DNA of 64,000 nucleotides, from NCBI GenBank assembly GCA_046483495.1, contig JAWODC010000049.1, forward strand, positions 31,019-95,018, given 5' to 3'. The DNA is from Desulfobacterales bacterium. GTDB taxonomy: Bacteria; Desulfobacterota; Desulfobacteria; Desulfobacterales; UBA5616. Positions 1-9,018 of the stretch are shown here, one piece after another. A program made the position numbers and the translations under genes. The notes beneath the pieces were generated by a model. The model was not told where the DNA came from. It saw only the letters and a list, made by a program, of their open reading frames with translations, and made no database searches. Position 1 is the stretch's first letter. Every line of letters starts with the position of its first letter.

Positions 1-1215
1 ATTGTATATGTACTCGAATCCTTCTTCCGACAGCGGACTGCCCGTGGACAAGACGGCTCGAAGGTGAGCCGGATCGTATTCCCGTCCGGGAAATATTCCC
101 GTATTCTGCAGCGCGTTGATGTACCCCGCGCTCACGCCCATGATGGAAATACGCTCTTCCTGCACCATTCGCCAAAGCGTGTCGGGCGTCGGGTAAAACG
201 GATTTCCATCATAAAGCACCACGGCGGCCCCCACTGCAAGCGAACTCACCAGCCAGTTCCACATCATCCACCCGCAGGTGGTATAATAAAAAATGATATC
301 GTCCTTTTTTAGATCCGTATGCAGCATCAACTCCTTTAAATGGTTGATCAGCACGCCGCCTGCGCCCTGTACCATGCACTTGGGAAGTCCTGTGGTTCCG
401 GAGGAATACATGATGTAAAGGGGATGTTCGAACGGCAGCTGTTCACATGCGAGCTCGGCGTCGGCAAAATCGTCAATAAACGTCTCATAAACCAACGCAT
501 TGGGAATTTGGCCGATATCCAACGATGTGCCGGTATAGGGGACGACAACGACCGTTTCAATGGACGGCAGCTCTTTTATAATGCCGGAAATTTTTTCGAG
601 GGAGTCGAACCGCTTTCCTTTAAACAGGTATCCATCCGCCGTGAAAAGCAGTTTCGGCCGAATCTGAGAAAATCGATCCAGAACGCCCTTGATGCCGAAA
701 TCCGGGGAACAGGACGACCAGACGGCGCCGATGCTTGTTGCGGCGAGCATGGCAACGACCGTCTCCGGTATATTCGGCATGAAGCCCACAACACGGTCAC
801 CGGGCGTAATCCCAGCGGATTTCAGTGAAGCCGCGAGCCGGGAGACCGCCTCGTAAAGCTCGGCATACGTCATCCGGAACGGCGGATCGACTTCATTTTT
901 GAAGATAAGAGCCGTGCGGCCGTCCCGATACCGCAGCAGATTTTCAGCGAAATTAAGGCGGGCCCCGCCGAACCACTTGGCCCCCGGCATCTTTTTTTCA
1001 TCATCGACAACCGACTGAAAGGGTCGAGACGCAATGATGCCGGAAAAATCCCACATTTCCGACCAGAACGGGGAAATGTGATTGACCGACCACTCCCAAA
1101 GCTCTTCATAGGAGGTCAGGGTCATGTTATATCGGGCGTTCACGCGCTGCATAAAGGCATGCATGTTTGAAGCCGCTGCTTCCTCGGCGGAAGGCATCCA
1201 TAAGCACTTGGCCAT
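1..1215 (-). CDS. aacS: acetoacetyl-CoA synthetase (acetoacetate-CoA ligase), N-terminal ~405 codons; 3' end lies beyond the left window edge
   Basis: Absent from the ORF track because it runs off the edge. Hand translation of the minus strand from ATG 1215..1213 (GGGAGGAG just upstream) gives MAKCLWMPSAEEAAASNMHAFMQRVNARYNMTLTSYEELWEWSVNHISPFWSEMWDF... It carries the AMP-binding box YIMYSSGTTGLPK, and the N-terminal pattern is typical of acetoacetate-CoA ligases. Confidence 0.75.
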   Translation of the reverse strand, partial: MAKCLWMPSAEEAAASNMHAFMQRVNARYNMTLTSYEELWEWSVNHISPFWSEMWDFSGIIASRPFQSVVDDEKKMPGAKWFGGARLNFAENLLRYRDGRTALIFKNEVDPPFRMTYAELYEAVSRLAASLKSAGITPGDRVVGFMPNIPETVVAMLAATSIGAVWSSCSPDFGIKGVLDRFSQIRPKLLFTADGYLFKGKRFDSLEKISGIIKELPSIETVVVVPYTGTSLDIGQIPNALVYETFIDDFADAELACEQLPFEHPLYIMYSSGTTGLPKCMVQGAGGVLINHLKELMLHTDLKKDDIIFYYTTCGWMMWNWLVSSLAVGAAVVLYDGNPFYPTPDTLWRMVQEERISIMGVSAGYINALQNTGIFPGREYDPAHLRAVLSTGSPLSEEGFEYIYN

Positions 1216-1342
1216 TTCTCCTCCCTTTTTTTTCTAAGCGTCCTTACACCGCTATGACGGTTTTAAGGCCGGTTGAAACGACGAATCACGTATTCTTCGG
1301 ATCTCGAGGATTAGGCCGAACATCGTCGGCCCTTCGGCCCAA

Positions 1343-2953
1343 TCATATCCGCAGCACCCCATGGGGTGTTTCGGAGAAGTCCCGGTTCAGAGCGACGGAC
1401 AGTGAAATGCCCAACACTTTGCGCGTATCGGCCGGATCGATAATGCCGTCATCCCACAACTCGGAAGTGGCGTAATACGCGCTGCTCTTCTCGAGATAGT
1501 CTTCAGCAATGCTCTGATGTATCTGTTGCTCTTCTTTGGCTGACAGCGTCTTTCCCCGGCGCTCCAAAGCTTTCAAACGAATCTGGGTCAACGTCTTAAC
1601 CGCCTGTTCCAGGCCCATGACGGATATCTGGGAATTCGGCCAGGAGAACAGGAACCGGGCGTCATAGGCGCGGCCGCACATGGCGTAGTTGCCGGCCCCA
1701 AAGGAACCGTTTGTCATGATAGTCAGTTTGGGGACATCCAAATTGGCTTGGACCATCAGCATTTTGGCGCCGTCTTTCGTAATGCCGCCGTGTTCGTACT
1801 CCTTGCCCACCATGAATCCGGTGATGTTCTGCAAAAACAGCATGGGAATCCGGTCACGGTTGCAGAGCTGCATAAACTGCGTGCATTTTTGGGCACTGTC
1901 CGAGAAAAGAACACCGTTGTTGCCGATCACGCCGATTTTCCAGCCGTAAAGGTAACCAAAACCGCACACAGCGGTAACGCCGTAGTCCGGTTTAAATTCA
2001 TGAAAGCGGCTTCCGTCGACAATCCTCGCGATGACTTCCCGCATATCGAACTGCTTTTTGACATCATCCGGAATGATGCCGTACAGCTCTTCAGGATCAT
2101 AGAAAGGCTCTTCGGGCTCCCGAAGGTCCACCGCGGCTTTGGCCGGCCTTTCAAATGTCTGGACGATTTCTCTCACCAGCGCAATACCCTCCTCTTCGGA
2201 ATCGACCGCATAATCAGCGGTTCCGCTGATGCCGGCGTGCACATCGGCCCCACCGAGCTCGTCAGCCGATACATCTTCGCCGGTGGCGGCCTTGACCAGC
2301 GGCGGGCCGCCGAGGAAAACGCCGCCGGTTTTTCGAACCATCACGGAATAATCGCAAAGGGTGGGAACATATGCACCGCCGGCCGTGCTGTGGCCCAAAA
2401 CGAGCGCCACCTGCTTTACCCCCATGGCACTTAGAACGCATTGGTTGCGAAACAGCCGGCCCGCGGAATGATGGCGGTCCGGAAAAAGCTCTGACTGCAT
2501 GGGCAAAAAGGCCCCTGCCGCATCGACCAGATGGACCAGGGGCAGCCTGTTTTCGATGGCGATATCCGTCGTGCGCACCATTTTCTTGGTGGTCAGGGGG
2601 TACCATGCCCCGCCTTTTATGGAACTGTCATTTGCCATCACCAGGACTTCACGCCCGCTGACAATGCCGATTCCGGAAACGATGCCGGCACCGGGTACGG
2701 TACCGTCATATGCCAGACCGGCCGCCAGGGTGGACAATTCCAGAAAAGGGGTGCCATGATCAAGGAGAAGATCGATTCTTTCCCGGACTCCCAGCTTGTT
2801 TTGTCGCCGAAGCCTTTCAATATCCCTTTCGGGGCGATTAAAACGCGCCGCCCGAATACGCCCACGAAGCTCTTCAACCCGTTTGCGGTTGCAGGCATCA
2901 TAAGCGCGGAACGTGGCGGAAAGCGGGTCTATGGCGGATTGGATCCGGCGCAT
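1343..2953 (-). CDS. acyl-CoA carboxylase carboxyltransferase (beta) subunit, methylcrotonyl-CoA carboxylase type
   Basis: ORF 1343..3046. Start trimmed to ATG 2953 (MRRIQSAIDPL), which sits 1 nt after the TGA of the upstream BCCP gene. RQNKLGVRERIDLLLDHGTPFLELSTLAA and the ~536 aa length are typical of MCC-beta-like carboxyltransferases. Confidence 0.8.
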   Translation of the reverse strand: MRRIQSAIDPLSATFRAYDACNRKRVEELRGRIRAARFNRPERDIERLRRQNKLGVRERIDLLLDHGTPFLELSTLAAGLAYDGTVPGAGIVSGIGIVSGREVLVMANDSSIKGGAWYPLTTKKMVRTTDIAIENRLPLVHLVDAAGAFLPMQSELFPDRHHSAGRLFRNQCVLSAMGVKQVALVLGHSTAGGAYVPTLCDYSVMVRKTGGVFLGGPPLVKAATGEDVSADELGGADVHAGISGTADYAVDSEEEGIALVREIVQTFERPAKAAVDLREPEEPFYDPEELYGIIPDDVKKQFDMREVIARIVDGSRFHEFKPDYGVTAVCGFGYLYGWKIGVIGNNGVLFSDSAQKCTQFMQLCNRDRIPMLFLQNITGFMVGKEYEHGGITKDGAKMLMVQANLDVPKLTIMTNGSFGAGNYAMCGRAYDARFLFSWPNSQISVMGLEQAVKTLTQIRLKALERRGKTLSAKEEQQIHQSIAEDYLEKSSAYYATSELWDDGIIDPADTRKVLGISLSVALNRDFSETPHGVLRI

Positions 2954-2954
2954 T

Positions 2955-3458
2955 TCAGGCTTCCTCCTCTTTGGCCAGGGTGACCAGGACGGCATTTTTG
3001 TCAAAGGTTTGCCCAATAGTGAAATGTATCCGCAAAACCGTCCCATTTCGGGGAGCCGATATTACCGTCAGGATTTTCATGCTTTCGATGGTCATTATGA
3101 TCTGCCCTTTTTCAACATAATCTCCCGGTGCGACGTTGATTTCCACGACTGTTCCCGGCATTGGGGCCCGGGCCGAATTTTCCTTAACTCCGGAAGCCTG
3201 GACAGCCTGTTCCACCGGGTCTACCACGCGTGCACAAACGGTACGATCGAATGCGTGAACATAAACGGTCTCTCCGCTGACGGCCAGCCGCATGCAGGCG
3301 CGGCTGCTCCCGAAGTGAACGGTCACCGCATCATGTTCATTGCGTTGAATGCCGGCGGATTGAGCCGGTTCATCGGCGATCTTCAGGCGCCGAGAGCCCG
3401 GGGCGCCGAAAGCCGAAACCTCATACCGGTGATTAGAAAGATCGATTCGGCGGCGCAT
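2955..3458 (-). CDS. biotin carboxyl carrier (BT-BCCP) portion of an acyl-CoA carboxylase alpha subunit, encoded separately
   Basis: ORF 2955..3527. Start trimmed to ATG 3458 (MRRRIDLSNH), 1 nt after the TGA of the biotin carboxylase gene. C-terminal biotinyl domain APMPGTVVEINVAPGDYVEKGQIIMTIESMKILTVISAP with the lysine in an xMKx box. Confidence 0.75.
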   Translation of the reverse strand: MRRRIDLSNHRYEVSAFGAPGSRRLKIADEPAQSAGIQRNEHDAVTVHFGSSRACMRLAVSGETVYVHAFDRTVCARVVDPVEQAVQASGVKENSARAPMPGTVVEINVAPGDYVEKGQIIMTIESMKILTVISAPRNGTVLRIHFTIGQTFDKNAVLVTLAKEEEA

Positions 3459-3459
3459 A

Positions 3460-4938
3460 TCAGTTCCTCCAATCCCCGATGCCATTGTACGGAAAGGGGG
3501 CGGCAAGGTCCGGGTCGATGAAATCACGATGACTGAGGGCTATGGCCGCCAAAATCAGATGCCGTTGCTTCTCTGACAGCGAAGGCGGCTGCAAATGGTC
3601 GGCATTTCTGTGAATGAATCCCGTGTCAATCCGCCCCTCGCAAAATTCAGAATGGGACAGCAGTTGCTTTAAAAAATCGATGTTGGTGGTCACGCCCAGT
3701 ACAAGCGTTTGATTAAGGGCTTCTCTAGCGCGATTCAACGCCTGCTCTCGATTCGGACCGTGGACGATCAGTTTCGCCAGCATGGGATCGAAGGCGGATG
3801 TCACCTTCATTCCCCTGATATAGCCGTTGTCCACGCGTATGCCCTCACCTTTCGGCATTTCGTAGGTCAACAAGCGGCCGACCGCCGGGAGGAAATCGTT
3901 TTCCGGGTCTTCCGCATACAGGCGCATTTCGATCGCATGACCCATAGATTTTATTTCTCCCTGGTCGAACGGCAGCTTTTCACCCCGGCAGATGCGGATC
4001 TGCAGTTCCACCAAATCCATTCCGGTCACCATCTCGGTCACGGGGTGCTCCACCTGTATGCGGGTATTCATCTCCAGAAAATAGAACCGGCCGTCCGGAG
4101 CCAGGAGAAATTCAACGGTGCCGGCATTGCGATAGCCGGATTGTCGTGCAATCGAAACGGCGGTTTCGCAGATGCGTTGCCGGAGATCGGATGAGAGGCA
4201 GGGGGACGGGCTTTCTTCGACAATTTTTTGAAAACGCCGCTGAATGGAGCATTCTCTTTCGCCCAGATGAACGACATTTCCGAAGTGGTCCGCCAGGATC
4301 TGGACTTCGATATGCCGGGGATTGTCGATATAGCGTTCCGCGTATAAGGTGTCATCACCGAAAAATCGTATCCCTTCCGATTTGGCCAGATGCATGGCTT
4401 TTCTTAGTTCGTCCGGACCACTGGCGATATGCATCCCCTTGCCGCCGCCTCCGGCCGCCGATTTGATTAGCAGGGGAAATCCGATTTCATGCGCCAGGTG
4501 GAAAAAGTCGTCTGCCGATTCGTTTTCCGCCGCGGAAGGCGCCAGCGGAAACTCATGTTCAATGCAAAAGGACCGGGCCAGTAATTTATTGCCCATCAAT
4601 CGTATGGTTTCGGGCAGCGGGCCGATGAACCGAATGCCCTCCCGGGCAACCCGTTGCGCAAAAGACGGGTTTTCCGCCAGAAAACCGAAACCCGGATGAA
4701 CTGCGTCTGCTCGCGTCTTTTTGCAGGCGTCAACAATTTGATCGATATTCAGATATGCCGCCACCGGTGAAGGGCCTTCAATCCGGACGGCTGTGGACGC
4801 CATTCGAACGGCGGGGGAATCTGCATCCATTTCATGATATGCCAGCACGCCGGAAAGTCCCATTTTATTGATGGTGCGTAAGATCCGGCATGCGATTTCG
4901 CCCCGGTTTGCCACGAGTATCGTGTTCAGCTGCTTCAT
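3460..4938 (-). CDS. biotin carboxylase (ATP-grasp) portion of an acyl-CoA carboxylase alpha subunit
   Basis: MKQLNTILVANRGEIACRILRT..., the ATP-grasp glycine loop KSAAGGGGKGM and NTRIQVEHPVTE. Ends ...GIGDWRN*, the position where fused MCC-alpha proteins continue into the BT domain. Confidence 0.9.
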   Translation of the reverse strand: MKQLNTILVANRGEIACRILRTINKMGLSGVLAYHEMDADSPAVRMASTAVRIEGPSPVAAYLNIDQIVDACKKTRADAVHPGFGFLAENPSFAQRVAREGIRFIGPLPETIRLMGNKLLARSFCIEHEFPLAPSAAENESADDFFHLAHEIGFPLLIKSAAGGGGKGMHIASGPDELRKAMHLAKSEGIRFFGDDTLYAERYIDNPRHIEVQILADHFGNVVHLGERECSIQRRFQKIVEESPSPCLSSDLRQRICETAVSIARQSGYRNAGTVEFLLAPDGRFYFLEMNTRIQVEHPVTEMVTGMDLVELQIRICRGEKLPFDQGEIKSMGHAIEMRLYAEDPENDFLPAVGRLLTYEMPKGEGIRVDNGYIRGMKVTSAFDPMLAKLIVHGPNREQALNRAREALNQTLVLGVTTNIDFLKQLLSHSEFCEGRIDTGFIHRNADHLQPPSLSEKQRHLILAAIALSHRDFIDPDLAAPFPYNGIGDWRN

Positions 4939-4961
4939 AGTGCCGGCACCTCCGTTTGAAA

Positions 4962-5513
4962 TTAAAGCGTTCCGACCCAGAAAACGACCGCGGTTTTTTC
5001 CGTCCTGTTTGTAATGACCTGTTTTCGGGGCTCTACCCAGTAATGTGCCGCATCCCCTTCTTTTAAAGTAACCGTCTGATCGCCGTGCGTCAATTCAAGT
5101 GTTCCCTGGATCATGCAGAGCAGCTCCTGACCTGTTTTGATGTTTTTTCGAATGGGAATGGATTTTCCCGGAGAAAGGATCAAGACGGCGCTGTCCAGAA
5201 CCGTGCGATTTTCGGGTGGAATAAAGCGCCGTGTAACAAACCCGGCACGGGGGATTTCGACGTCATTAAGATTCGCTTTTCGAATGACATTCAGCTTCTG
5301 CTGGTTTTCAGCCTTATTCAGGAGATCGCCGGCATTGATCCCGATGGCATTGCAGACCTTAATCAAGGTGTCCACCGAGGGCGAATTGACATTGTTTTCA
5401 ACCTGGCTGAGAAACCCCTCCGAAATGCCCGCCTTTGCCGCAACGGTTTTAAGGGTGAGCCTTCGATCTTTTCGGTGCCGGCGAATCATGGGCCCGATGT
5501 TCATTGCAACCAT
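4962..5513 (-). CDS. XRE-family HTH transcriptional regulator with C-terminal cupin domain
   Basis: HTH: LTLKTVAAKAGISEGFLSQVENNVNSPSVDTLIKVCNAIG. Cupin-like C-terminus: GQELLCMIQGTLELTHGDQTVTLKEGDAAHYW. Divergent from the acyl-CoA dehydrogenase operon. Confidence 0.8.
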   Translation of the reverse strand: MVAMNIGPMIRRHRKDRRLTLKTVAAKAGISEGFLSQVENNVNSPSVDTLIKVCNAIGINAGDLLNKAENQQKLNVIRKANLNDVEIPRAGFVTRRFIPPENRTVLDSAVLILSPGKSIPIRKNIKTGQELLCMIQGTLELTHGDQTVTLKEGDAAHYWVEPRKQVITNRTEKTAVVFWVGTL

Positions 5514-5626
5514 CTCCGTTTTGGGAATATGCCGGTCGGTGTCCGGGCGGAATTGCAGCTTCTACGCATTCCGGGTCGGGTATGTATCGATTCACATGAC
5601 GAACACGAACCTGAGTGATAAAATAT

Positions 5627-5655
5627 TTGACACAGGTAAATATTAGGTATATATA
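5627..5655 (+). promoter_or_regulatory. sigma70-like promoter for the acyl-CoA dehydrogenase operon
   Basis: TTGACA (5627..5632), 17-nt spacer, TATATA (5650..5655), about 65 nt upstream of the TTG start at 5720. Confidence 0.5.
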
Positions 5656-5676
5656 AAACTTGTTCTTTTCTGTCAA
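5648..5676 (-). promoter_or_regulatory. sigma70-like promoter for the divergent XRE-cupin regulator, overlapping the plus-strand promoter
   Basis: Minus strand reads TTGACA (5676..5671), 17-nt spacer, TATATA (5653..5648). It shares the TATATATA tract 5648..5655 with the plus-strand promoter. Confidence 0.45.
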
Positions 5677-5719
5677 GCAGTAAATTCCCAGCACATGTGT
5701 TTTCAAAGAGAGGTGATCT

Positions 5720-6868
5720 TTGGACTTCGATCTTACCCGAGAACAAGACATGATCCGGAAAGAAGTTCGGAAATTTGCTGAAGCCGTTATCACTCCTGCG
5801 GCAGCCGAACTTGATGAAAAAGAGATGTTTTCATCCGATCTCACCCTGCAAATGGGCGGAATCGGCCTATTCGGGATGGTTGTTCCCGAGGCCTACGGCG
5901 GGCAGGAAATGGATTACCTTTCCTACATCATTGCCGTCGAGGAGGTCGCACGGGTGGATGGATCACAGGCAGCGACCATCGCGGCGGCCAATTCTCTGGG
6001 AATCGGTCCCATATGGATGTACGGAACCGAATCACAGAAACGCAGGTACCTTCCCAAGCTGTGCCGCGGTGAAGGGCTATGGGGATTCGGTCTTACGGAG
6101 CCCTCGGCCGGGTCGGATGCGGGCGGCAGCACCACCACGGCGGTTCGCGACGGCCGCCAATGGGTGCTGAACGGTTCGAAAATATTCATCACCAATGCCG
6201 CATGCGACCTCTCGATGGGCGTTACGGTTCAGGCCGTCACCGGAAAGCGCCCGAACGGAAAACCGGAATACACGTGTTTTCTTTTGGAGCACGGCTCACC
6301 GGGATTTACGAGCGTTCCAATGAAGGGCAAGATGATGTGGCGTGCCTCCAATACGGCACAATTGTATTTTGACAATGTGCGGATTCCGGAGGAAAATATC
6401 CTTGGAAACGTCGGGGATGGATTTCACCAGATGCTCGAAACCCTTGACGGGGGCAGACTGTCCATCGGGGCCATGGGACTCGGAGGCGCCCAGGGGGCTT
6501 ACGAATCGGCGCTGGCATACGCCAAATCCCGCGTGCAGTTCGGACAACCCATTTGTAAATTTCAAGCCGTGGCATTCAAGCTTTCCGATTGCGCCCTTGA
6601 AATCGAATGCGCCAGGAACGTGCTGTACAAGGCATGCTGGTTGAGAGACAAAAAGCGGCCCTTTGGAAAAATCGCCGCCATGGCGAAGCTGTATTGCTCG
6701 GAAGCCATGGGACGCGTGGTCAATCATGCGGTTCAGATTCATGGCGGCTATGGTCTCTTTCGGGATTATCATGTGGAACGATTCTACCGGGACCAGAAAC
6801 TTCTGGATATTGGAGAAGGAACTTCGGAAGTGCAGCGGATCGTGATTGCACGGCACATCGGCTGCTAA
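5720..6868 (+). CDS. acyl-CoA dehydrogenase (short/branched-chain type)
   Basis: TTG start preceded by AGAGAGGTGA. 382 aa ACAD fold: GLTEPSAGSDAGG, a C-terminal YRDQKLLDIGEGTSEVQRIVIARHI. Confidence 0.85.
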   Translation: MDFDLTREQDMIRKEVRKFAEAVITPAAAELDEKEMFSSDLTLQMGGIGLFGMVVPEAYGGQEMDYLSYIIAVEEVARVDGSQAATIAAANSLGIGPIWMYGTESQKRRYLPKLCRGEGLWGFGLTEPSAGSDAGGSTTTAVRDGRQWVLNGSKIFITNAACDLSMGVTVQAVTGKRPNGKPEYTCFLLEHGSPGFTSVPMKGKMMWRASNTAQLYFDNVRIPEENILGNVGDGFHQMLETLDGGRLSIGAMGLGGAQGAYESALAYAKSRVQFGQPICKFQAVAFKLSDCALEIECARNVLYKACWLRDKKRPFGKIAAMAKLYCSEAMGRVVNHAVQIHGGYGLFRDYHVERFYRDQKLLDIGEGTSEVQRIVIARHIGC

Positions 6869-6884
6869 TACACGTGGAGGTAAA

Positions 6885-7523
6885 ATGGACAAGAATAACC
6901 ATAAGCCCCATATCAATGTCGACTATTTCGAGGATTTAACCGGCGAGGTTTCAAAACCCGCCGCCGAACCCGCTCAAGCAATCGGTGAACGGATCAGCAC
7001 CCTCAGAAAGGAAAAGGGCATGTCTCTCGACGAATTGTCACACCTTTCGGGGTTCGATGTCGATTTTTTGTCGGATATTGAAAAAAGCCGGGTGCAGCCG
7101 CAGTTGGGCACCGTAATAAAGCTGTCTAAGGCCCTGGACGAGGCGTTTTCCCGTATTCTTTCAGACGTGGGAGATCAGTTGTACTCCATCTCTCGAAAAG
7201 GTGACGCCAAACCTGTTGCCGGTTCCACTTCTCGACAGGGGAAAAAACATCTCTACACTTACAAAGGCCTTGCCCCCGAAGTCAAAGGGCGGCACATGGA
7301 AGCCGTGTTGGTGAGGCTGGAAGAAGGCAGGGATGAAGCGGTCTCCGTACACCAGGGAGAGGAATTCGTTTATGTACTGGAAGGTTGCGTTTATGTGAAA
7401 CTCGGCGATGAGGAATTCGAGCTGGCCCCCGGCGACAGCATCTACTATCTTTCCACCATTCCGCACCTGCTTTCAGCCGTAAGTGAAAAAGCCCTCATAT
7501 TGGCGGTTATCTATATCGGTTGA
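6885..7523 (+). CDS. XRE-family HTH regulator with cupin domain (second copy, inside the operon)
   Basis: ORF 6846..7523 trimmed to ATG 6885 (GGAGG at 6876..6880). HTH: MSLDELSHLSGFDVDFLSDIEKSRVQPQLGTVIKLSKAL. Cupin: GEEFVYVLEGCVYVKLGDEEFELAPGDSIYY. Confidence 0.8.
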   Translation: MDKNNHKPHINVDYFEDLTGEVSKPAAEPAQAIGERISTLRKEKGMSLDELSHLSGFDVDFLSDIEKSRVQPQLGTVIKLSKALDEAFSRILSDVGDQLYSISRKGDAKPVAGSTSRQGKKHLYTYKGLAPEVKGRHMEAVLVRLEEGRDEAVSVHQGEEFVYVLEGCVYVKLGDEEFELAPGDSIYYLSTIPHLLSAVSEKALILAVIYIG

Positions 7524-7565
7524 ATGTCCGAGTGGTCAACAGATAAGGGGATTGGAGGCAAACCG

Positions 7566-8747
7566 ATGGATTTTGAACTGAGTCCTGAAATTGAAGCGGT
7601 GCAAAAAGAGGCGCGCCGGTTTGCGATAAAAGAAATTTTGCCCGGAACCGGTGAAGATGTGTTCAAGCGGGACCTGGTATCCAAAATGGGTGCTCTGGGA
7701 TTTTTCGGATGCGCTTTTCCGGTTTCATTCGGCGGATCGGATCTCGGCTTTCTGGCGCATTCAGTGGTATGCGAGGAAATCTCCCGGGCGGATTCCGGGC
7801 TGCGTTCGCTGTTTAATTTACAGGCTGCTACAGTGGCCTACACCATCATGGAGTGGGGCTCGCCCGGCGTTCGGAATCACTATGTAAAGGATCTCGTCCT
7901 GGCAAAAAAACTGGGGTGCACCTGCTTCTCTGAGCCGAACGCCGGATCGGATTTGGCGTCAATGGAAACGCTCGTTGAAGACAAGGGGGATCACTATCTG
8001 ATCAATGGATCGAAAACATGGATCTCCAACGGCACCGTGGCCGATATCGCCATTGTATATGCAACCCATGATAAAAGCCTTCAACATAAGGGAATCTGTG
8101 CGCTTGTCGTTGAAACCGATCAGCCGGGGTGGTCGGCTCGTGAAACGCCGAAATTGGGAGACAGGTCCTCTCCGATTGCTGAGATTCATTTGCACAACGT
8201 AAAAGCACCCAAGGAAAATCTGCTGGGGGAATGGGGCGGGGGCTTCAAAGTGGCGATGACGGCGCTCGACAGGGGGCGGATCAGTGTGTCCAGCGGGGCA
8301 GTGGGGCTGGCCCAGGCCTGTATCGACAGTTCGGTCGAATATGCCAACAGGAGGATGCAGTTCGGAAAACCGATCAGCCGTTATCAACTCGTAAAAGGCG
8401 GAATCGCCGAAATGGTGACCTACACTGAAGCAGCACGGCTGATGGTGAGGAAGGGCGCCTGGCTGAATGACCAGGACCTTCCGTTTACCCGTGAAATCGC
8501 CATGGCGAAATATTTTGCCGGTGAAACCGTTGTCAAGGCAGCGGGGCTGGCCATGGAAATTCACGGCGGAATGGGGTATTCTCTGGAATTGCCGGTCGAG
8601 AAGTATTACCGGGATTCAAAGTTATACCAGATTGGAGAAGGCACGGCGAATATCATGCGGCTGCTCATTGCGGATGATGCATTGAACCTGAAAAAAGCCA
8701 ACCGGAAACGCCTTCATGTACCGAGTGAATTTAGAAATCTCCAGTAG
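7566..8747 (+). CDS. acyl-CoA dehydrogenase (second paralog)
   Basis: ORF 7524..8747 trimmed to ATG 7566 (MDFELSPEIEAVQKEARRF, GGAGG upstream). FSEPNAGSDLASM and YRDSKLYQIGEGTANIMRLLIA. Confidence 0.85.
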   Translation: MDFELSPEIEAVQKEARRFAIKEILPGTGEDVFKRDLVSKMGALGFFGCAFPVSFGGSDLGFLAHSVVCEEISRADSGLRSLFNLQAATVAYTIMEWGSPGVRNHYVKDLVLAKKLGCTCFSEPNAGSDLASMETLVEDKGDHYLINGSKTWISNGTVADIAIVYATHDKSLQHKGICALVVETDQPGWSARETPKLGDRSSPIAEIHLHNVKAPKENLLGEWGGGFKVAMTALDRGRISVSSGAVGLAQACIDSSVEYANRRMQFGKPISRYQLVKGGIAEMVTYTEAARLMVRKGAWLNDQDLPFTREIAMAKYFAGETVVKAAGLAMEIHGGMGYSLELPVEKYYRDSKLYQIGEGTANIMRLLIADDALNLKKANRKRLHVPSEFRNLQ

Positions 8748-8787
8748 GTGCCCGGTCATTACGAGGGCATTTTGGCTGCGCTTCAAT

Positions 8788-9018
8788 TCAGGTGTTCGAT
8801 CCGCTCTTTCTGGCGGTGAACTCGTTGCATCCAAAGGGGGCTGTCATCGAGATAGATTTCCGCTCTCCTGAAGATACGTTCAAAAATGTTTTGGGACCTG
8901 TGAATCGAACAGGATTCGGTCGGCTCGAAAGTATCGATGCCGGTGTAAATCGATCCAGGCCGCACAGGTACGTGAACGGCTTGAAGACACTCCCCGGCTG
9001 CCGCATCTCGAGGGGCAA
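8788..9018 (-). pseudogene. possible remnant of a class A penicillin-binding protein transpeptidase domain
   Basis: The frame directly after the MFS stop reads LPLEMRQPGSVFKPFTYLCGLDRFTPASIL. RQPGSxFKPfxY is the SxxK active-site box of PBP1-type transpeptidases. Only ~45 codons look alignable, with no start and no remainder of the protein. Confidence 0.35.

Noticed and set aside
3460-3462. TGA at the end of the biotin carboxylase ORF as a possible second selenocysteine codon.
   Set aside because: In-frame read-through gives only 8 codons (YAPPNRSF) before TAA. The homologous continuation (BT-BCCP) is in another frame, starting at an ATG 1 nt downstream. No SECIS-like hairpin follows.
5720-8747. 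Calling the two acyl-CoA dehydrogenases isovaleryl-CoA dehydrogenase because of the adjacent MCC-like carboxylase.
   Set aside because: Both retain Glu in the C-terminal IGEGT motif, as in SCAD/MCAD-type enzymes. Substrate specificity cannot be assigned from this alone, so the generic call is kept.
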